This document shows positions 14,041-28,410 of a stretch of DNA of 64,000 nt, piece by piece. The notes beneath the pieces were generated by a model. That model searched no databases. It had not been told where the DNA came from and was given only the letters and a program-made list of their open reading frames with translations. Where the stretch lies: positions 40,486,001 through 40,550,000 of the forward strand of contig OZ024752.1 in assembly GCA_964016885.1 (NCBI GenBank). Direction: 5' to 3'. Every line of letters starts with the position of its first letter. The stretch's first letter is position 1. The position numbers and the translations under genes were made by a program. Origin of the DNA: Eledone cirrhosa. Its lineage: Eukaryota.

Positions 14041-15418
14041 GTGTATGTGTGTGTGTGTGCATATGTGTGTGTATGTGTGTGTCTGTGTGTGTCTCTGTGT
14101 GTCTGTGTGTGTGTGTGCGTATGTATGTGTGTGTCTCTGTGTGTGTGTGTGTGCGTATGTGTGTCTGCGTGTGTGTCTGTGTGTGTCTGTGTCTATGTGT
14201 CTGTGTGCGTGTGTATGTCTGTCTCTGTGTGTCTGTGTGTGTGTGTGTATGTATGTGTGTGTCTGTGTGTGTGTGTGTGTGTGTGCGTATGTGTGTGTGT
14301 GTCTGTGTGTCTGCATGTGTGTCTGTGTGTGTCTGTGTCTATGTGTCTGTGTGCGTGTGTATGTCTGTCTGTGTGTGTCTCTGTGTGTATGTGTGTGTGT
14401 GTGTGTGTATGTATGTGTGTGTCTCTGTGTGTGTGTGTCTGTGTGCGTATGTGTGTGTGTGTCTGTGTGTCTGCGTGTGTGTCTGCGTGTGTCTGTGTCT
14501 ATGTGTCTGTGTGCGTGTGTATGTCTGTCTGTGTGTGTCTGTGTGTGTATGTCTGTCTGTGTGTGTGTGTTTGTGTGTGTATGTGTGTGTCTCTGTGTGT
14601 CTGTGTGTGTGTGTGTGTATGTATGTGTGTGTCTCTGTGTGTGTGTGTGTGTGCGTATGTGTGTGTGTGTCTGTGTGTCTGCCTGTGTGTGTATGTGTCT
14701 GTGTGCGTGTGTATGTCTGTCTGTGTGTGTCTCTGTGTGTATGTCTGTCTGTGTGTGTGTGTTTGTATGTGTGTATGTATGTGTGTGTCTCTGTGTGTCT
14801 GTGTGTGTATGTATGTGTGTGTCTCTGTGTGTGTGTGTGTGTGCGTATGTGTGTGTGTGTCTGTGTGTCTGCGTGTGTGTCTGTGTGTGTCTGTGTCTAT
14901 GTGTCTGTGTGCGTGTGTATGTCTGTCTGTGTGTGTCTCTGTGTGTATGTCTGTCTGTGTGTGTGTGTTTGTGTGTGTATGTGTGTATGTATGTGTGTGT
15001 CTCTGTGTGTCTGTGTGTGTGTGTGTATGTATGTGTGTGTCTCTGTGTGTGTGTGTGCGTATGTGTGTGTGTGTGTCTGTGTGTCTGCGTGTGTGTCTGT
15101 GTGTGTCTGTGTCTATGTGTCTGTGTGCGTGTGTATGTCTGTCTGTGTGTGTCTCTGTGTGTATGTCTGTCTGTGTGTGTGTGTTTGTGTGTGTATGTGT
15201 GTATGTATGTGTGTGTCTCTGTGTGTCTGTGTGTGTGTGTGTATGTATGTGTGTGTCTCTGTGTGTGTGTGTGTGTGCGTATGTGTGTGTGTGTGTCTGT
15301 GTCTGCGTGTGTGTCTGTGTGTGTCTGTGTCTATGTGTCTGTGTGCGTGTGTATGTCTGTCTGTGTGTGTCTCTGTGTGTATGTCTGTCTGTGTGTGTGT
15401 GTTTGTGTGTGTATGTGT
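14041..15418. repeat. Compound (TG)n microsatellite
   Basis: Visible directly. Confidence 0.97.
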
Positions 15419-15519
15419 GATCACTGGATCAAAGTGAACGTAGATTACTTATTACTGGAGGTGTTTTATCTGCAGTTTAGTTTGTATTTTGATCTAGCAA
15501 ATATATTGATGTATTTCCA

Positions 15520-17625
15520 TGTGAAGTTGCATGGCTTAGTGGTTAGAGCGATGAGTTTACAATCGTAAGGTTGCAAGTTCAGATCTCGGACAGGGCAGTG
15601 TGTTGTGTTCTTGAATTAAACACTTTATTTCACGTTGCTACAGTTCACTCAGTTGTAGAAATGAGTTACAATGTCATTGGTGCCTTGCTGTATCAGCCAT
15701 TGCTTTTACCATCGACAATGTCGCTATCCCTTCAGCATTTCGTGAAAGTCTGTGAGATCAGCTACAGTTCACTCAGTTGTAGAAATGCGTTACAATGTCA
15801 TTGGTGCCAAGCTGTATCAGCCATTGCTTTTACCATCGACAATGTCGCTATCCCTTCAGCATTTCGTGAAAGTCTGTGAGATCAGCTACAGTTCACTCAG
15901 TTGTAGAAATGCGTTACAATGTCATTGGTGCCAAGCTGTATCAGCCATTGCTTTTACCATCGACAATGTCGCTATCCCCTCAGCATTTTGTAAAAGTCTG
16001 TGAGATCAGCTACAGTTCACTCAGTTGTAGAAATGAGTTACAATGTCATTGGTGCCAAGCTGTATCAGCCATTGCTTTTACCATCGACAATGTCGCTATC
16101 CCCTCAGCATTTTGTAAAAGTCTGTGAGATCAGCTACAGTTCACTCAGTTGTAGAAATGAGTTACAATGTCATTGGTGCCAAGCTGTATCAGCCATTGCT
16201 TTTACCATCGACAATATCGCTATCCCCTCAGCATTTCGTGAAAATCTGTGAGATCAGCTATAGTTCACTTAGTTGTAGAAATGAGTTACAATGTCATTGG
16301 TGCCAAGCTGTATCAGCCATTGCTTTTACCATCGACAATGTCAATATCCCCTCAGCATTTTGTAAAAGTCTGTGAGATCAGCTACAGTTCACTTAGTTGT
16401 AGAAATGAGTTACAATGTCATTGGTGCCAAGCTGTATCAGCCATTGCTTTTACCATCGACAATGTCAATATCCCCTCAGCATTTTGTAAAAGTCTGTGAG
16501 ATCAGCTACAGTTCACTTAGTTGTAGAAATGAGTTACAATGTCATTGGTGCCAAGCTGTATCAGCCATTGCTTTTACCATCGACAATGTCGCTATCCCTT
16601 CAGCATTTCGTGAAAGTCTGTGAGATCAGCTACAGTTCACTCAGTTGTAGAAATGAGTTACAATGTCATTGGTGCCTTGCTGTATCAGCCATTGCTTTTA
16701 CCATCGACAATGTCGCTATCCCCTCAGCATTTTGTAAAAGTCTGTGAGATCAGCTACAGTTCACTCAGTTGTAGAAATGAGTTACAATGTCATTGGTGCC
16801 TTGCTGTATCAGCCATTGCTTTTACCATCGACAATGTCGCTATCCCTTCAGCATTTCGTGAAAGTCTGTGAGATCAGCTACAGTTCACTCAGTTGTAGAA
16901 ATGAGTTACAATGTCATTGGTGCCTTGCTGTATCAGCCATTGCTTTTACCATCGACAATGTCGCTATCCCTTCAGCATTTCGTGAAAGTCTGTGAGATCA
17001 GCTACAGTTCACTCAGTTGTAGAAATGCGTTACAATGTCATTGGTGCCAAGCTGTATCAGCCATTGCTTTTACCATCGACAATGTCGCTATCCCCTCAGC
17101 ATTTTGTAAAAGTCTGTGAGATCAGCTACAGTTCACTCAGTTGTAGAAATGAGTTACAATGTCATTGGTGCCAAGCTGTATCAGCCATTGCTTTTACCAT
17201 CGACAATGTCGCTATCCCCTCAGCATTTTGTAAAAGTCTGTGAGATCAGCTACAGTTCACTTAGTTGTAGAAATGAGTTACAATGTCATTGGTGCCAAGC
17301 TGTATCAGCCATTGCTTTTACCATCGACAATGTCGCTATCCCTTCAGCATTTCGTGAAAGTCTGTGAGATCAGCTACAGTTCACTCAGTTGTAGAAATGA
17401 GTTACAATGTCATTGGTGCCAAGCTGTATCAGCCATTGCTTTTACCATCGACAATATCGCTATCCCCTCAGCATTTCGTGAAAATCTGTGAGATCAGCTA
17501 TAGTTCACTTAGTTGTAGAAATGAGTTACAATGTCATTGGTGCCAAGCTGTATCAGCCATTGCTTTTACCATCGACAATGTCAATATCCCCTCAGCATTT
17601 TGTAAAAGTCTGTGAGATCAGCTAC
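15520..17625 (+). repeat. CORE-type SINE head followed by a 124-bp unit of its own 3' part repeated ~16 times
   Basis: SINE A/B boxes at ~15530-15585; ORF starts recur every 124 bp. Confidence 0.92.
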
Positions 17626-17716
17626 ACACATATATATGATATTTAAATATGTTAAATTTTTATAAAATTTATATGTTAAATTTCTATATTCTCTCTTTTC
17701 CCTTCTTATTTTCAAG

Positions 17717-17779
17717 ACACAAATATCAAAACGCGTCATTCCTGTATCTTGTATGCAAGATGTACAGCAAGATATCAAG
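17717..17779 (+). CDS. ARAP: ARAP-like exon: PH1, TQISKRVIPVSCMQDVQQDIK
   Basis: ttttcAAG / GTAAAT, 63 nt, phase 0-0, fits PH beta4-5. Confidence 0.85.
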
Positions 17780-17849
17780 GTAAATATCCTTTAGAAAATG
17801 TTTTATTTTTCTCTTTTGTTTTCACTATACTTCTTTATATAATAATAAT

Positions 17850-18262
17850 TGTTTCTACATTTGGCACAAGGCCAGCAATTACCCCAGTACATTACTTTTA
17901 TCGACCCCGTAAGGATGAAAGCCAAAGTTAATCTCTGCGGGATTGATTTCTAGTATAGGCATGCGGCCAGCAATTTTGGAGAGGGGAAAGTCAATTAGAT
18001 CGATTGGTACTTTATTTTATCGACCCCGTAAGGATGAAAGGCAAAGTTAACCTCGGCGGGATTTAAACTCGGACCATAAAGGGCTATAATTATGCTGAAA
18101 AGCATGGCGTCTGACCTTCTACCGATACTGCCAATCCACCGTTTCTGATTTAAGCACAAGGCCAGCAATCTTTTGGGTGAGGAGGTGGGGTTGGGATGAA
18201 AGTCAATTAAATTGACCCCAGTACATCACTGGTACTTTATTTTATTGACCCCGTGAGGATGA

Positions 18263-18293
<31 letters not shown>

Positions 18294-18470
18294 TGATTGT
18301 TTCTACTTTTGGCACAAGGCCAGCAATTACCTCAGTGTATTACTGGTACTTTATTTTATCGACCCCTGTAAGGATGAAAGGCAAAGTTAACCTCGGCGGG
18401 ATTTGAACTCAGACCATAAAGGGCCGTAACTCCTCTTTGCTGCAAAGCATGGCGTCCGACCCTCTACCAA
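17850..18470 (-). mobile_element. Cluster of four family-2 SINE copies or fragments
   Basis: Repeated tcgaccccgtaaggatgaaaggcaaagttaacctcggcgggatttgaactc. Confidence 0.85.
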
Positions 18471-19055
18471 TACTAATAATAAGTAGTTGGAACAAAGTAT
18501 CAATTTAGTATCATCTTGTACATATTCTAATCACCTGTAATAGGTGTTTTGCCATTACTCAGCTCAAAGTACAATCGGGCCTGACTCTGGAAACGATAGC
18601 TCATCAGACTACATATAATTATCTTATTATTATCATGAATACATATATACAGGGTATCCCCCCCTCCCCTCCAATAAATTGCCAATAACACACTAGGCTT
18701 GATTTTATTGACTTTCTCCCCTTCATTTCAAATTGCTGGCCTTGTGCCCTTTGCAGTCTTGTCCGAGGGGCGCAGAACTCCTTGCCCTAGGCCCAAAGCC
18801 CAATCACCCTCCCTGTTCACCCCTCCCCTCTCTTCTGTGACACCAGAGCTTTTGCCATTCTTTTTCCATTCTTTTTCTTCTTTCTCTCTCTCTCTCTCTT
18901 TTTTTTTCTATATTTCTCTATTCTTTCTTTCATTTTGTTTCCCCTTTTTTTATTTTTTATTTCTAAATAAGGTTTGTTTTCTGCTCTTGAATAAATTATA
19001 TCAAACAATTTGTAGACATTTGAAGTAAGCAATGATTTCTTTTGTATTATTACAG

Positions 19056-19122
19056 GAAACGCAGTACAAGTTCATTTTGAAAACTAAATACCGCAATTTC
19101 TTGTTTTATACGGAAACTCTTG
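19056..19122 (+). CDS. ARAP: ARAP-like exon: PH1, ETQYKFILKTKYRNFLFYTETL
   Basis: tattaCAG / GTAAGA; F-x-L-x-T-x-x-R-x-F-x-F PH beta6-7 pattern. Confidence 0.9.
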
Positions 19123-19127
19123 GTAAG

Positions 19128-20975
19128 ACATTGTTTTATTTTATATACCTTTTGTTTTTATATTGTTTTATTTTATATACCTATTGTTTTTATATTGTTT
19201 TATTTTATATACCTATTGTTTTTATATTGTTTTATTTTATATACCTTTTGTTTTTATATTGTTTTATTTTATATACCTTTTGTTTTTATATTGTTTTATT
19301 TTATATACCTTTTGTTTTTATATTGTTTTATTTTATATACCTTTTGTTTTTATATTGTTTTATTTTATATACCTATTGTTTTTATATTGTTTTATTTTAT
19401 ATACCTTTTGTTTTTATATTGTTTTATTTTATATACCTATTGTTTTTATATTGTTTTATTTTATATACCTATTGTTTTTATATTGTTTTATTTTATATAC
19501 CTATTGTTTTTATATTGTTTTATTTTATATACCTTTTGTTTTTATATTGTTTTATTTTATATACCTTTTGTTTTTATATTGTTTTATTTTATATACCTAT
19601 TGTTTTTATATTGTTTTATTTTATATACCTTTTGTTTTTATATTGTTTTATTTTATATACCTTTTAGTTTTTATATTTATTTTATATACCTTTTAGTTTT
19701 TATATTGTTTTATTTTATATACCTTTTAGTTTTTATATTATTTTATTTTATATACCTTTTAGTTTTTGTATTTATTTTATTTTATATATCTTTTAGTTTT
19801 TATATTGTTTTATTTTATATACCTTTTAGTTTTTATATTTATTTTATATACCTTTTAGTTTTTATATTGTTTTATTTTATATATCTTTTAGTTTTTATAT
19901 TGTTTTATTTTATATACCTTTTAGTTTTTATATTTATTTTATATACCTTTTAGTTTTTGTATTATTTTATTTTATATACCTTTTAGTTTTTATATTGTTT
20001 TATTTTATATACCTTTTAGTTTTTGTATTATTTTATTTTATATACCTTTTAGTTTTTATATTGTTTTATTTTATATACCTTTTAGTTTTTATATTTATTT
20101 TATATACCTTTTAGTTTTTATATTTATTTTATATACCTTTTGTTTTTATATTGTTTTATTTTATATACCTTTTAGTTTTTATATTTATTTTATATACCTT
20201 TTAGTTTTTATATTTATTTTATATACCTTTTTGTTTTTATATTGTTTTATTTTATATACCTTTTAGTTTTTATATTTATTTTATATACCTTTTAGTTTTT
20301 ATATTTATTTTATATACCTTTTAGTTTTTATATTGTTTTATTTTATATACCTTTTAGTTTTTATATTTATTTTATATACCTTTTAGTTTTTATATTTATT
20401 TTATATACCTTTTAGTTTTTATATTTATTTTATATACCTTTTGTTTTTATATTGTTTTATTTTATATACCTTTTAGTTTTTATATTTATTTTATATACCT
20501 TTTAGTTTTTGTATTATTTTATTTTATATACCTTTTAGTTTTTATATTGTTTTATTTTATATACCTTTTAGTTTTTATATTGTTTTATTTTATATACCTT
20601 TTAGTTTTTATATTTATTTTATTTTATATACCTTTTAGTTTTTATATTGTTTTATTTTATATACCTTTTAGTTTTTATATTTATTTTATATACCTTTTAG
20701 TTTTTATATTGTTTTATTTTATATACCTTTTAGTTTTTATATTGTTTTATTTTATATACCTTTTAGTTTTTATATTGTTTTATTTTATATACCTTTTAGT
20801 TTTTATATTTATTTTATATACCTTTTAGTTTTTGTATTTATTTTATTTTATATACCTTTTAGTTTTTATATTGTTTTATTTTATATACCTTTTAGTTTTT
20901 ATATTTATTTTATATACCTTTTAGTTTTTATATTGTTTTATTTTATATACCTTTTAGTTTTTGTATTATTTTATG
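19128..20975. repeat. 32-33 bp T-rich minisatellite beginning immediately after the exon donor
   Basis: Unit attgttttattttatataccttttgtttttat. Confidence 0.95.
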
Positions 20976-21224
20976 TTGAAAACAAATTCATGTGCCACAC
21001 TGTAAACGTGGTTGGTGTTAGGAAGGGCCTCCAGCCATAGAAAACCTGCCAGACAGTCCTATACGAGCAAGACTACCAATCTTGCCTCACGTGGGACAAT
21101 TCCCGTCTAAACCCATGCTAGCGTGGAAGATAGACATTAAACGATGATGATGATGATGAGATCATGTGGTTAGAATGTCCTAGGAAACAATCGCTGGACA
21201 GATGAGACCCCGAGATATAAAACA

Positions 21225-21829
21225 TATGTATGTATATATGTGTGTATATGTATGTGTATATGTGTGTATATGTATGTATATATATGTGTGTGTATATGTA
21301 TGTGTGTGTGTATATGTGTGTATATGTATGTGTATGTGTATATGTGTATATGTATGTGTATATATATGTATATATGTATGTGTATATGTGTGTGTATGTG
21401 TATATGTGTGTATGTGTATATGTATGTGTATATATGTGTGTATGTGTATATGTATGTGTATATGTGTGTGTGTATATTATGTGTATATGTGTGTATATGT
21501 ATGTATATATATGTGTGTGTATATGTATGTGTGTGTGTATATGTGTGTATATGTATGTGTATGTGTATATGTGTATATGTATGTGTATATATATGTATAT
21601 ATGTATGTGTATATGTGTGTGTATGTGTATATGTGTGTATGTGTATATGTATGTGTATATATATGTGTATATATGTGTGTGTATATTATGTGTATATTAT
21701 GTGTATATGTATATATGCATATGTATGTGTGTGTATATATTATGTGTATATGTATATATGCATATGTATATGTATGTATGTATGTGTGTATATATATAGA
21801 TATATACACATACATATATATTATATAAA

Positions 21830-21865
<36 letters not shown>
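21225..21865. repeat. Compound (TG/TA/TATG)n microsatellite
   Basis: Visible directly. Confidence 0.95.
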
Positions 21866-24435
21866 CTATTTCTAAAGATAAAATAACTAATCTGAAAAAT
21901 TGTAATCTTATTGACAACAACTTTATTTAATATATTTAGACATTCAATGAGATATGTTGTTAGTTTAGTATGAAGAGAGGAATTGTCTAATATTCGAGAT
22001 AGCGCCTGTCTTTGGATAATCAATGTTTCTTACATAAATGACTCTGCCTGTTGCCTAAGATATCTCTTCTCTTCATAGTTAAGTGACCTAATTTTTTTTT
22101 CTTTTCAAAGATAATTATTTTACTGTGTAGAGTATCTTATAAATACATCCCAACTAGGCTAGTTAAATTATAGTGATTATATTCTGTTGACTCTAATACA
22201 GATATCTCGTTGAAGAAAAACTGAATTATATTTATGTTTATTGAAAGTATGTTGGTGTGATGAGAAGTAGAAGAAGGAAAAGAAATGTGTAATAGAAATG
22301 ATATATCTAATATTTTATAAATGGTATTAGCTGAAGTGTATAGGATCTAAAATATATCTTTCTGGATGGTGCTGACCCATTTTATTTTTAACTTCCTTGC
22401 AATCTGTATTTTTATCAGTTTTCATTAGAACAGTAAAGCTACATCTGTGATTCTTTCATTAGGATTAGTTTCAACTTATGAGGAGAAATAGATGCCAGTT
22501 GTCAACTAACAAACTTCACAAAAGTATTATCTCTTCCAGCTTACACTACTTGCTTTGCCCACCCCCACCCCACCTCACCCCATCCCCACATCCCTTCATT
22601 AACCATTCTGATACCAAACTGTTTGAAACCACCCATGGTTCTATGACACAATGCTGTTTATTTTAAAGTGCCTTATATTTATCTACAAACTTTCCATTAT
22701 AATTTTATGGCAGTGAATTGGCAGTATCGGTAAAAGGTCGGACGCCATGCTTTCCAGCATAGTTATGTCCCTTTACGGTCTGAGTTCAAATCCCGCCGAG
22801 GTTAACTTTGCCTTTCATCCATACGGGGTCGATAAAATAAAGTACCATTAATGTACTGGGTAATTGCTGGCTTTGTGCCAAAAGTAGAAACAATTATAAT
22901 TTTATGTAAAGAACCCTATAATTTTATGTAAAGAACCCTTAGTTAACCCTTTAGCATTTAAACTGGTCATATCTGGCCGGAACTCTTTCACCTCTTTCTG
23001 TTCAAACTGGCTATAACTGGCCACTCATACTGATGTTAAGGTATTGTTCTCAAAATAAATAATATTAAAATTTCATAGATTTGATATTATGTGACATAAT
23101 TATATGAGGTAAAGCTTTTACCATGAAAATACAATAGTAAATATAGAGTAATGTAAATGCTAAAGGGTTAAAGTGTTTTATATCTATCTAAAAACCTTTC
23201 ATTATAATTTTCCGTTCGCCTCTCGTTTTCGTCGCCACGCTCCGGTCAGGGCTTGGGGTTCGTCTCGTGAATTGGCAGTATCGGTAGAGGGTTGGACGCC
23301 ATGCTTTCTAGCATAGTTACGTCCCTTTACAGTCTGAGTTCAAATCCTGCCGAGGTTAACTTTACCTTTCATCCTTACGGGGTCGATAAAATAAAGTACC
23401 AGTAATGCACTGGGTAATTGCTGGCCTTGTGTCTAAAGTAGAAACAATTATAATTTTATTTCAGAACCTTTGTTACGCTTCAAAAACCAGCTTAATAATG
23501 AAAAAAATTAGTTATATTACTATTTTTTTTTTTAATTGTTTAGAATATTTTATTTCAAAATACTCAAATATACTTTTAGGATAAAATTTCATTCACTAAA
23601 TATCAAATTCTTTTTATTTTTATTGCTAAATGACTCAAAATTCTTAATAATTTTCAAAGTCATAAGCACAGCGTCTTTCATTTGAAATATGTTAATGAAA
23701 GGTTAAAAGACATCGCAGCAGAAAATTTATTTTGTAAATGGTTGTATGTAGATGAAAAGAAGGAAAATATGAAAACTTAATTTGAGAAAATTTTCTTCAA
23801 TTAAAAATAATTAAAAAAATTTTATATTTCTATCTGTAAGTTGGTGGATGCTACAAGGTTCAATATACATTTTTTTTCCCATTCAGTGGGTTTATACACG
23901 CCATTATTAGAGGGCGGTGGATTGGCAGTATCGGTAGAGGGTCGGACGCCATGCTTTGATGCATGGAGTTACGGCCCTTGCCATTCTGAGTTCAAATCCC
24001 ACCGAGGTTAACTTTGCCTTTCAACCTTACGGGGTCGATAAAATAAAGTACCAGTAATGCACCGAGTAATTGCTGGCCTTGTGCCTAAAGTAGAAACAAT
24101 TATTTGAAGGCGGTGGATTGGCAGTATCGGTGGAGCAGCGGACACCATGCTTTGCAGCATGGAGTTACGCTCCTTTATTGCCTGAGTTCAAAACCTTTCA
24201 ACCTTACGGGGGTCAATCAAATAATGTACCAGTAATGCACTGGGGTAATTGTTGACCTTGTGCCAAAAGTAGAAACAATTATTTAATCAATGTTACAGCG
24301 AATGTCCCCCCCCCCCCTACCCCCCATCTCCCCCCTACCCCATCTCTCTCCCCCCTCTCTCTCTCCCTCCCCGCTCTCTCTCACACCCTCTCTCCCTCCC
24401 CCTCACCCTCTCAGCCCCCTCTCACCCCTCTTTCC

Positions 24436-24466
<31 letters not shown>

Positions 24467-26087
24467 ATAAAGTTACAAGTTTCATCTTGGTATAAAGCTA
24501 CTCAATATCTGCTAAATATTCAGAGGAGATGGCCACCACTACATAAATTCTATTTTATGCGCGTCTGTTATTCTCTGCATGAGTGTCTTTACACTTAACA
24601 CAAACTCGGGGCTGCTGGTGATGTTTGTTTCTGTCCAGCATAAACAATATGACCTGCAGCTTGATATTTTAATGTGTAACAGTTAACATCAAGGACATTC
24701 AGCCGTAGAATACTGCCTCAAAAAGTCTCACCCAACTCGCACCAGTAAAGAAATGCAGACATAAAAATGCGGATGTATAATGATTAAAAAGTTTCTTTTT
24801 TTATATAGAATGGATAACATTAAAATATGTCAACATGAAAAAAAAAAAGTGTGTGGAGGTTTGGGGTTGGGCAGTATTTTCAAAGCTGAATCCCTTATGG
24901 CAATAAAACCTTCAGATAATATATTCTATCAAGCTGCAACATCTGTGCAGAAGATGTAATGTTTATACAAATAAGTGAACATCCTTCTCTGCATCGGACA
25001 TTCTCTATTTTCTTAGTTATTATAACACACCATTGTCTTTTCCTCAGTTTTGAATCTGGTTGGATTTCTTCAATACTTCTGTGTTCAAATTCTGTTCATA
25101 GATTAAAATGCCACCAATGGCTTGGACTAATCTCCTAACTAGGCTGTCATGAAAAGGATGATAGTTTTTTTTTTGCTATAATCCTTCTTGATGGCCTCAT
25201 TAGCCTGATTAGCGAATTCTCAATAATGAACCTTTTTATTCTCATCTTTGTAAATAGTCTATCATACTTTTTTCTTTTTTATATTTTAAATTTCTACATG
25301 GCCAGTAAAATAAATAAGAACCTCCCCGAAAAAAAAAATAACAGCTCATTATGAAAGCAGTAATGGTTGATAAAGGATTGTAGCAGCAGGCTAGCCACTG
25401 CAGTTAAATAATTGTTTCTACTTTTGGTACAAGGCCAGCAATTATCCCAGTGTATTACTGGCACTTTATTTTATCGACCCCGTAAGGATGAAAAGCAAAG
25501 TTAACCTCGGCGGGATTTGAACTCGGACTGTAAAGGGACGTAACTATGCTAGAAAGCATGGCGTCCAACCCTCTACCGGTACTGCCAATCCACCGCCATA
25601 CTGCAGTTAAATAATGATAATGATATAGGTTTATGTAACGCATTTTTTCAGGATGTCAGGAAATTATCAAGCTTTTCTCTAATAAGACAAGTCAACAATT
25701 CTCACTGATATTAAATATCAAGAGAGGGAATGTATGTTTTTCACAAATACAATTACGCCATTACATAAAAGTTTGAGCTTGTTAAATTGTTAATAATGTG
25801 AAGGCATGTAGCTTAGTGGTTAGAGAATTGGATTCACAATTGTTAGGTTGCGAGTTCGATTCCTGAACCGGACGATGCATTATGTCTTTGAGCAAGACAC
25901 TTTATTTCACGTTGCCCTTTCTCTTTCTGCCAAAAGTTGCAACTGGTTGATACTATCAGCAATGGAAATTCCAATAGAAACATTGTTTCCTTGTTCTGAT
26001 TTCACAAGTTTCATCCCTCTTGGTAAGTGAATGAGGTCAGGGATTTTGTTGATATATTGATTGTTATTAAATCATTTGTGTGTATAT

Positions 26088-26195
26088 TGGGGATCAGTTG
26101 GAGACGGTTGCTTCTGACAGGACCCGCTGCAGGGAGTGTTTGAGGACTGTGCCCCCACGACCCTCTCAGGAATAAGTGGGGGCGAAGAAGAAGAG
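26088..26195 (+). mobile_element. Short LINE 3'-end fragment with (GAA)n tail; inverse copies at ~60950-61075 and 62935-63070
   Basis: LETVASDRTR...ECLRT-like frame; three homologous copies in the window. Confidence 0.7.
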
Positions 26196-26409
26196 GATGT
26201 TGTATATTAATCATTAGCTACTTGATAATTATTTATATTTTGATCTGCAGTTGTGACCCCTACACCTACCTTGCTGTAGTACCCACATGTAACCCTTCAT
26301 TCACTGAAATATTGTCATTACTAGAACACCAGTGCTGTATCTTTCTTCTGTCATTATTGTAGCAATATTTGTTCCTCTGACATTTTATTGGTTTCATTTC
26401 TTGTTTCAG

Positions 26410-26462
26410 ATGATAACATACTCTGGTGCAGTACATTGATTGAAGCAATACATAAATACAGG
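26410..26462 (+). CDS. ARAP: ARAP-like exon: PH1 C-terminal helix, DDNILWCSTLIEAIHKYR
   Basis: ttcttgtttCAG acceptor, conserved PH helix Trp, phases fit; donor GTGAAG is weak. Confidence 0.85.
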
Positions 26463-27823
26463 GTGAAGTATCATTTAGTTTTGTTGTTTAGTAGTTTTTT
26501 AGGAAGAAACAATACATATCTTACCTATAAAATAAAATGGCTTAGTCATAGGAAGAAGAGCAATGTTTGAGTGTGGTGAGAAGATGGGTGGAACTTATCA
26601 CCTTCTCCAAATGTTTACAACAGAGTGAACTCTATTAATCCTTTAGCCTTTACATTTCTCTATATTTACTATTATATTTTCAAGGTAAAGGTTTTATCTC
26701 ACATAATTATCTCACATGATCTTGAGTCTACGAGAGTTTGATGATGATATTGTTTATTTTAAGAATGATATCTTAACGTTGGTGTGAGCTGCTGGTTACG
26801 GCCAGTTTCAAAAAGAGGAAAGAATTCTGGCCGTATACAGCCGGTTTAAATGCTAAAGGGTTAAAGGCATCCAAGAGCTTGGTGATTGTGTTTATCTGGG
26901 GGAGATGGATTAAGTCTGCCAACTAAGAACAGGAATAATCCCTCCAGCAACTTTCACACAGTTTCAGTCTAACAAATTTCACTCACAGGGCTTTGGTCAA
27001 ATTGAAGACTATAGTAGAAGACATTTTTCCAAGCTGTTGTGTCCTGGGGACAAATCGACACCATTTCTAAATTACACAGTCATACCTATGCCCAGAAAAT
27101 ATTTGTTATTCTAAAGAATCTAATCTGAAATTTCTTTACATCTTATACAACCATCTCCCCAATGCTAGCTTAAACTGTTAAAAAAAAAAAATGTTTAATT
27201 TGCACCAATGTGTACCATGAAATGTTACTTGTGTGAAGAACACCTCAAGTAAAAACATTTGATTAATCCTTTTGTTACCAACCTGGCCAAAACCAGCTCT
27301 GGTTCTATAAAATAAAGTCACCCATTTTAAAGGTTTCCAATTTAAATTAAAATCATCCGCCATAAATTTATATAAAAACCTTACATTATATTACTATCTT
27401 AGTAATGAAATATAATTAATAATTTTAGTGAATCCAACAAAATACTTAATTAATTAATTGAAATAAAGTGTATTTCGTTAGAAATATGGTCATGAAAGGG
27501 TTAATATAAAAAAAATCAATTCTTTTTAGGTGGCAAAATTTAGCATAATAATTGTTTCTACTTTTGGCACAAGGCCACCATTTACCCAGTACATTACTGG
27601 TACTTTATTTTATCGACCCTGTAAGGATGAAAGGCAAAGTTAATCTTACAATTTAGCATAATAATATCTTTACGTTTATATAGGAGTGGAATTACATTGT
27701 TATAGGATGGGATATTGTAGAATATTCAGTTGTAGAGTTACACCTGTATTAGCTCTTGAAATATTTGACACTGTTTTAAAGAATTAATAATAATATTTTA
27801 CATTTAATTTTGAATCCCAACAG

Positions 27824-27877
27824 CCTCCTGCAAATGGGTATGTGAGTGGTGGAAGTATGTGCCATCCTGACAAAAAA
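27824..27877 (+). CDS. ARAP: ARAP-like exon: PH1-PH2 linker, PPANGYVSGGSMCHPDKK
   Basis: CAG / GTAAGT, 54 nt phase 0-0, PDKK|G begins PH2. Confidence 0.85.
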
Positions 27878-28326
27878 GTAAGTTTGTTTTTTATGTTATA
27901 TATGGTATGGTCCTGTAACTCCTGAGAGAGTTGTATAGTGGTGCCATGTTGCCATACAGCATTTCGTGGGTATTTTAGAGCCCATCCAGAGCCCATCCCT
28001 CTCCAGGCCTGAATATTGCAGATTTCTTTCAGAGAATGATTGAGAGAGAGAGAGAGAGAGAATGGAAGTGAGAAAGAGATATAGAGGAATAATCGACCCC
28101 CAGTACTAGACTGGTACTTTCTTTATCGACCTTGAATGGGTGAGAGGCAAAGTTGATCTTGCAGGGATTTGAACTTAGAGAGCACAGCCAAAATGAACAC
28201 TACAAAACATTCTAACAACCAAATCACTGTCCTATAGTATAGATAAACATGCAAAAAATGGAGTCAATGCTCAGAAAAATATCAAATCATATTTCTCAGA
28301 TTCGTGGTCTTCTTGTTATTTGACAG

Positions 28327-28410
28327 GGAATTATCAAGTTTGGAAATGAAAGGTGTAGATTCTTTGTTGCACTGAAGCACAGTGTTCTCTGTTATTACCA
28401 CAATCAAAAG
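28327..28410 (+). CDS. ARAP: ARAP-like exon: PH2, GIIKFGNERCRFFVALKHSVLCYYHNQK
   Basis: tttgaCAG / GTAATT, PH beta1-3 pattern. Confidence 0.9.

Noticed and set aside
13972-21920. Cys/Val-rich, Phe/Tyr-rich and 83-aa repeated ORFs
   Set aside because: Derived from (TG)n, 32-bp and 124-bp tandem repeats; only the short embedded exons at 17717 and 19056 are credible.
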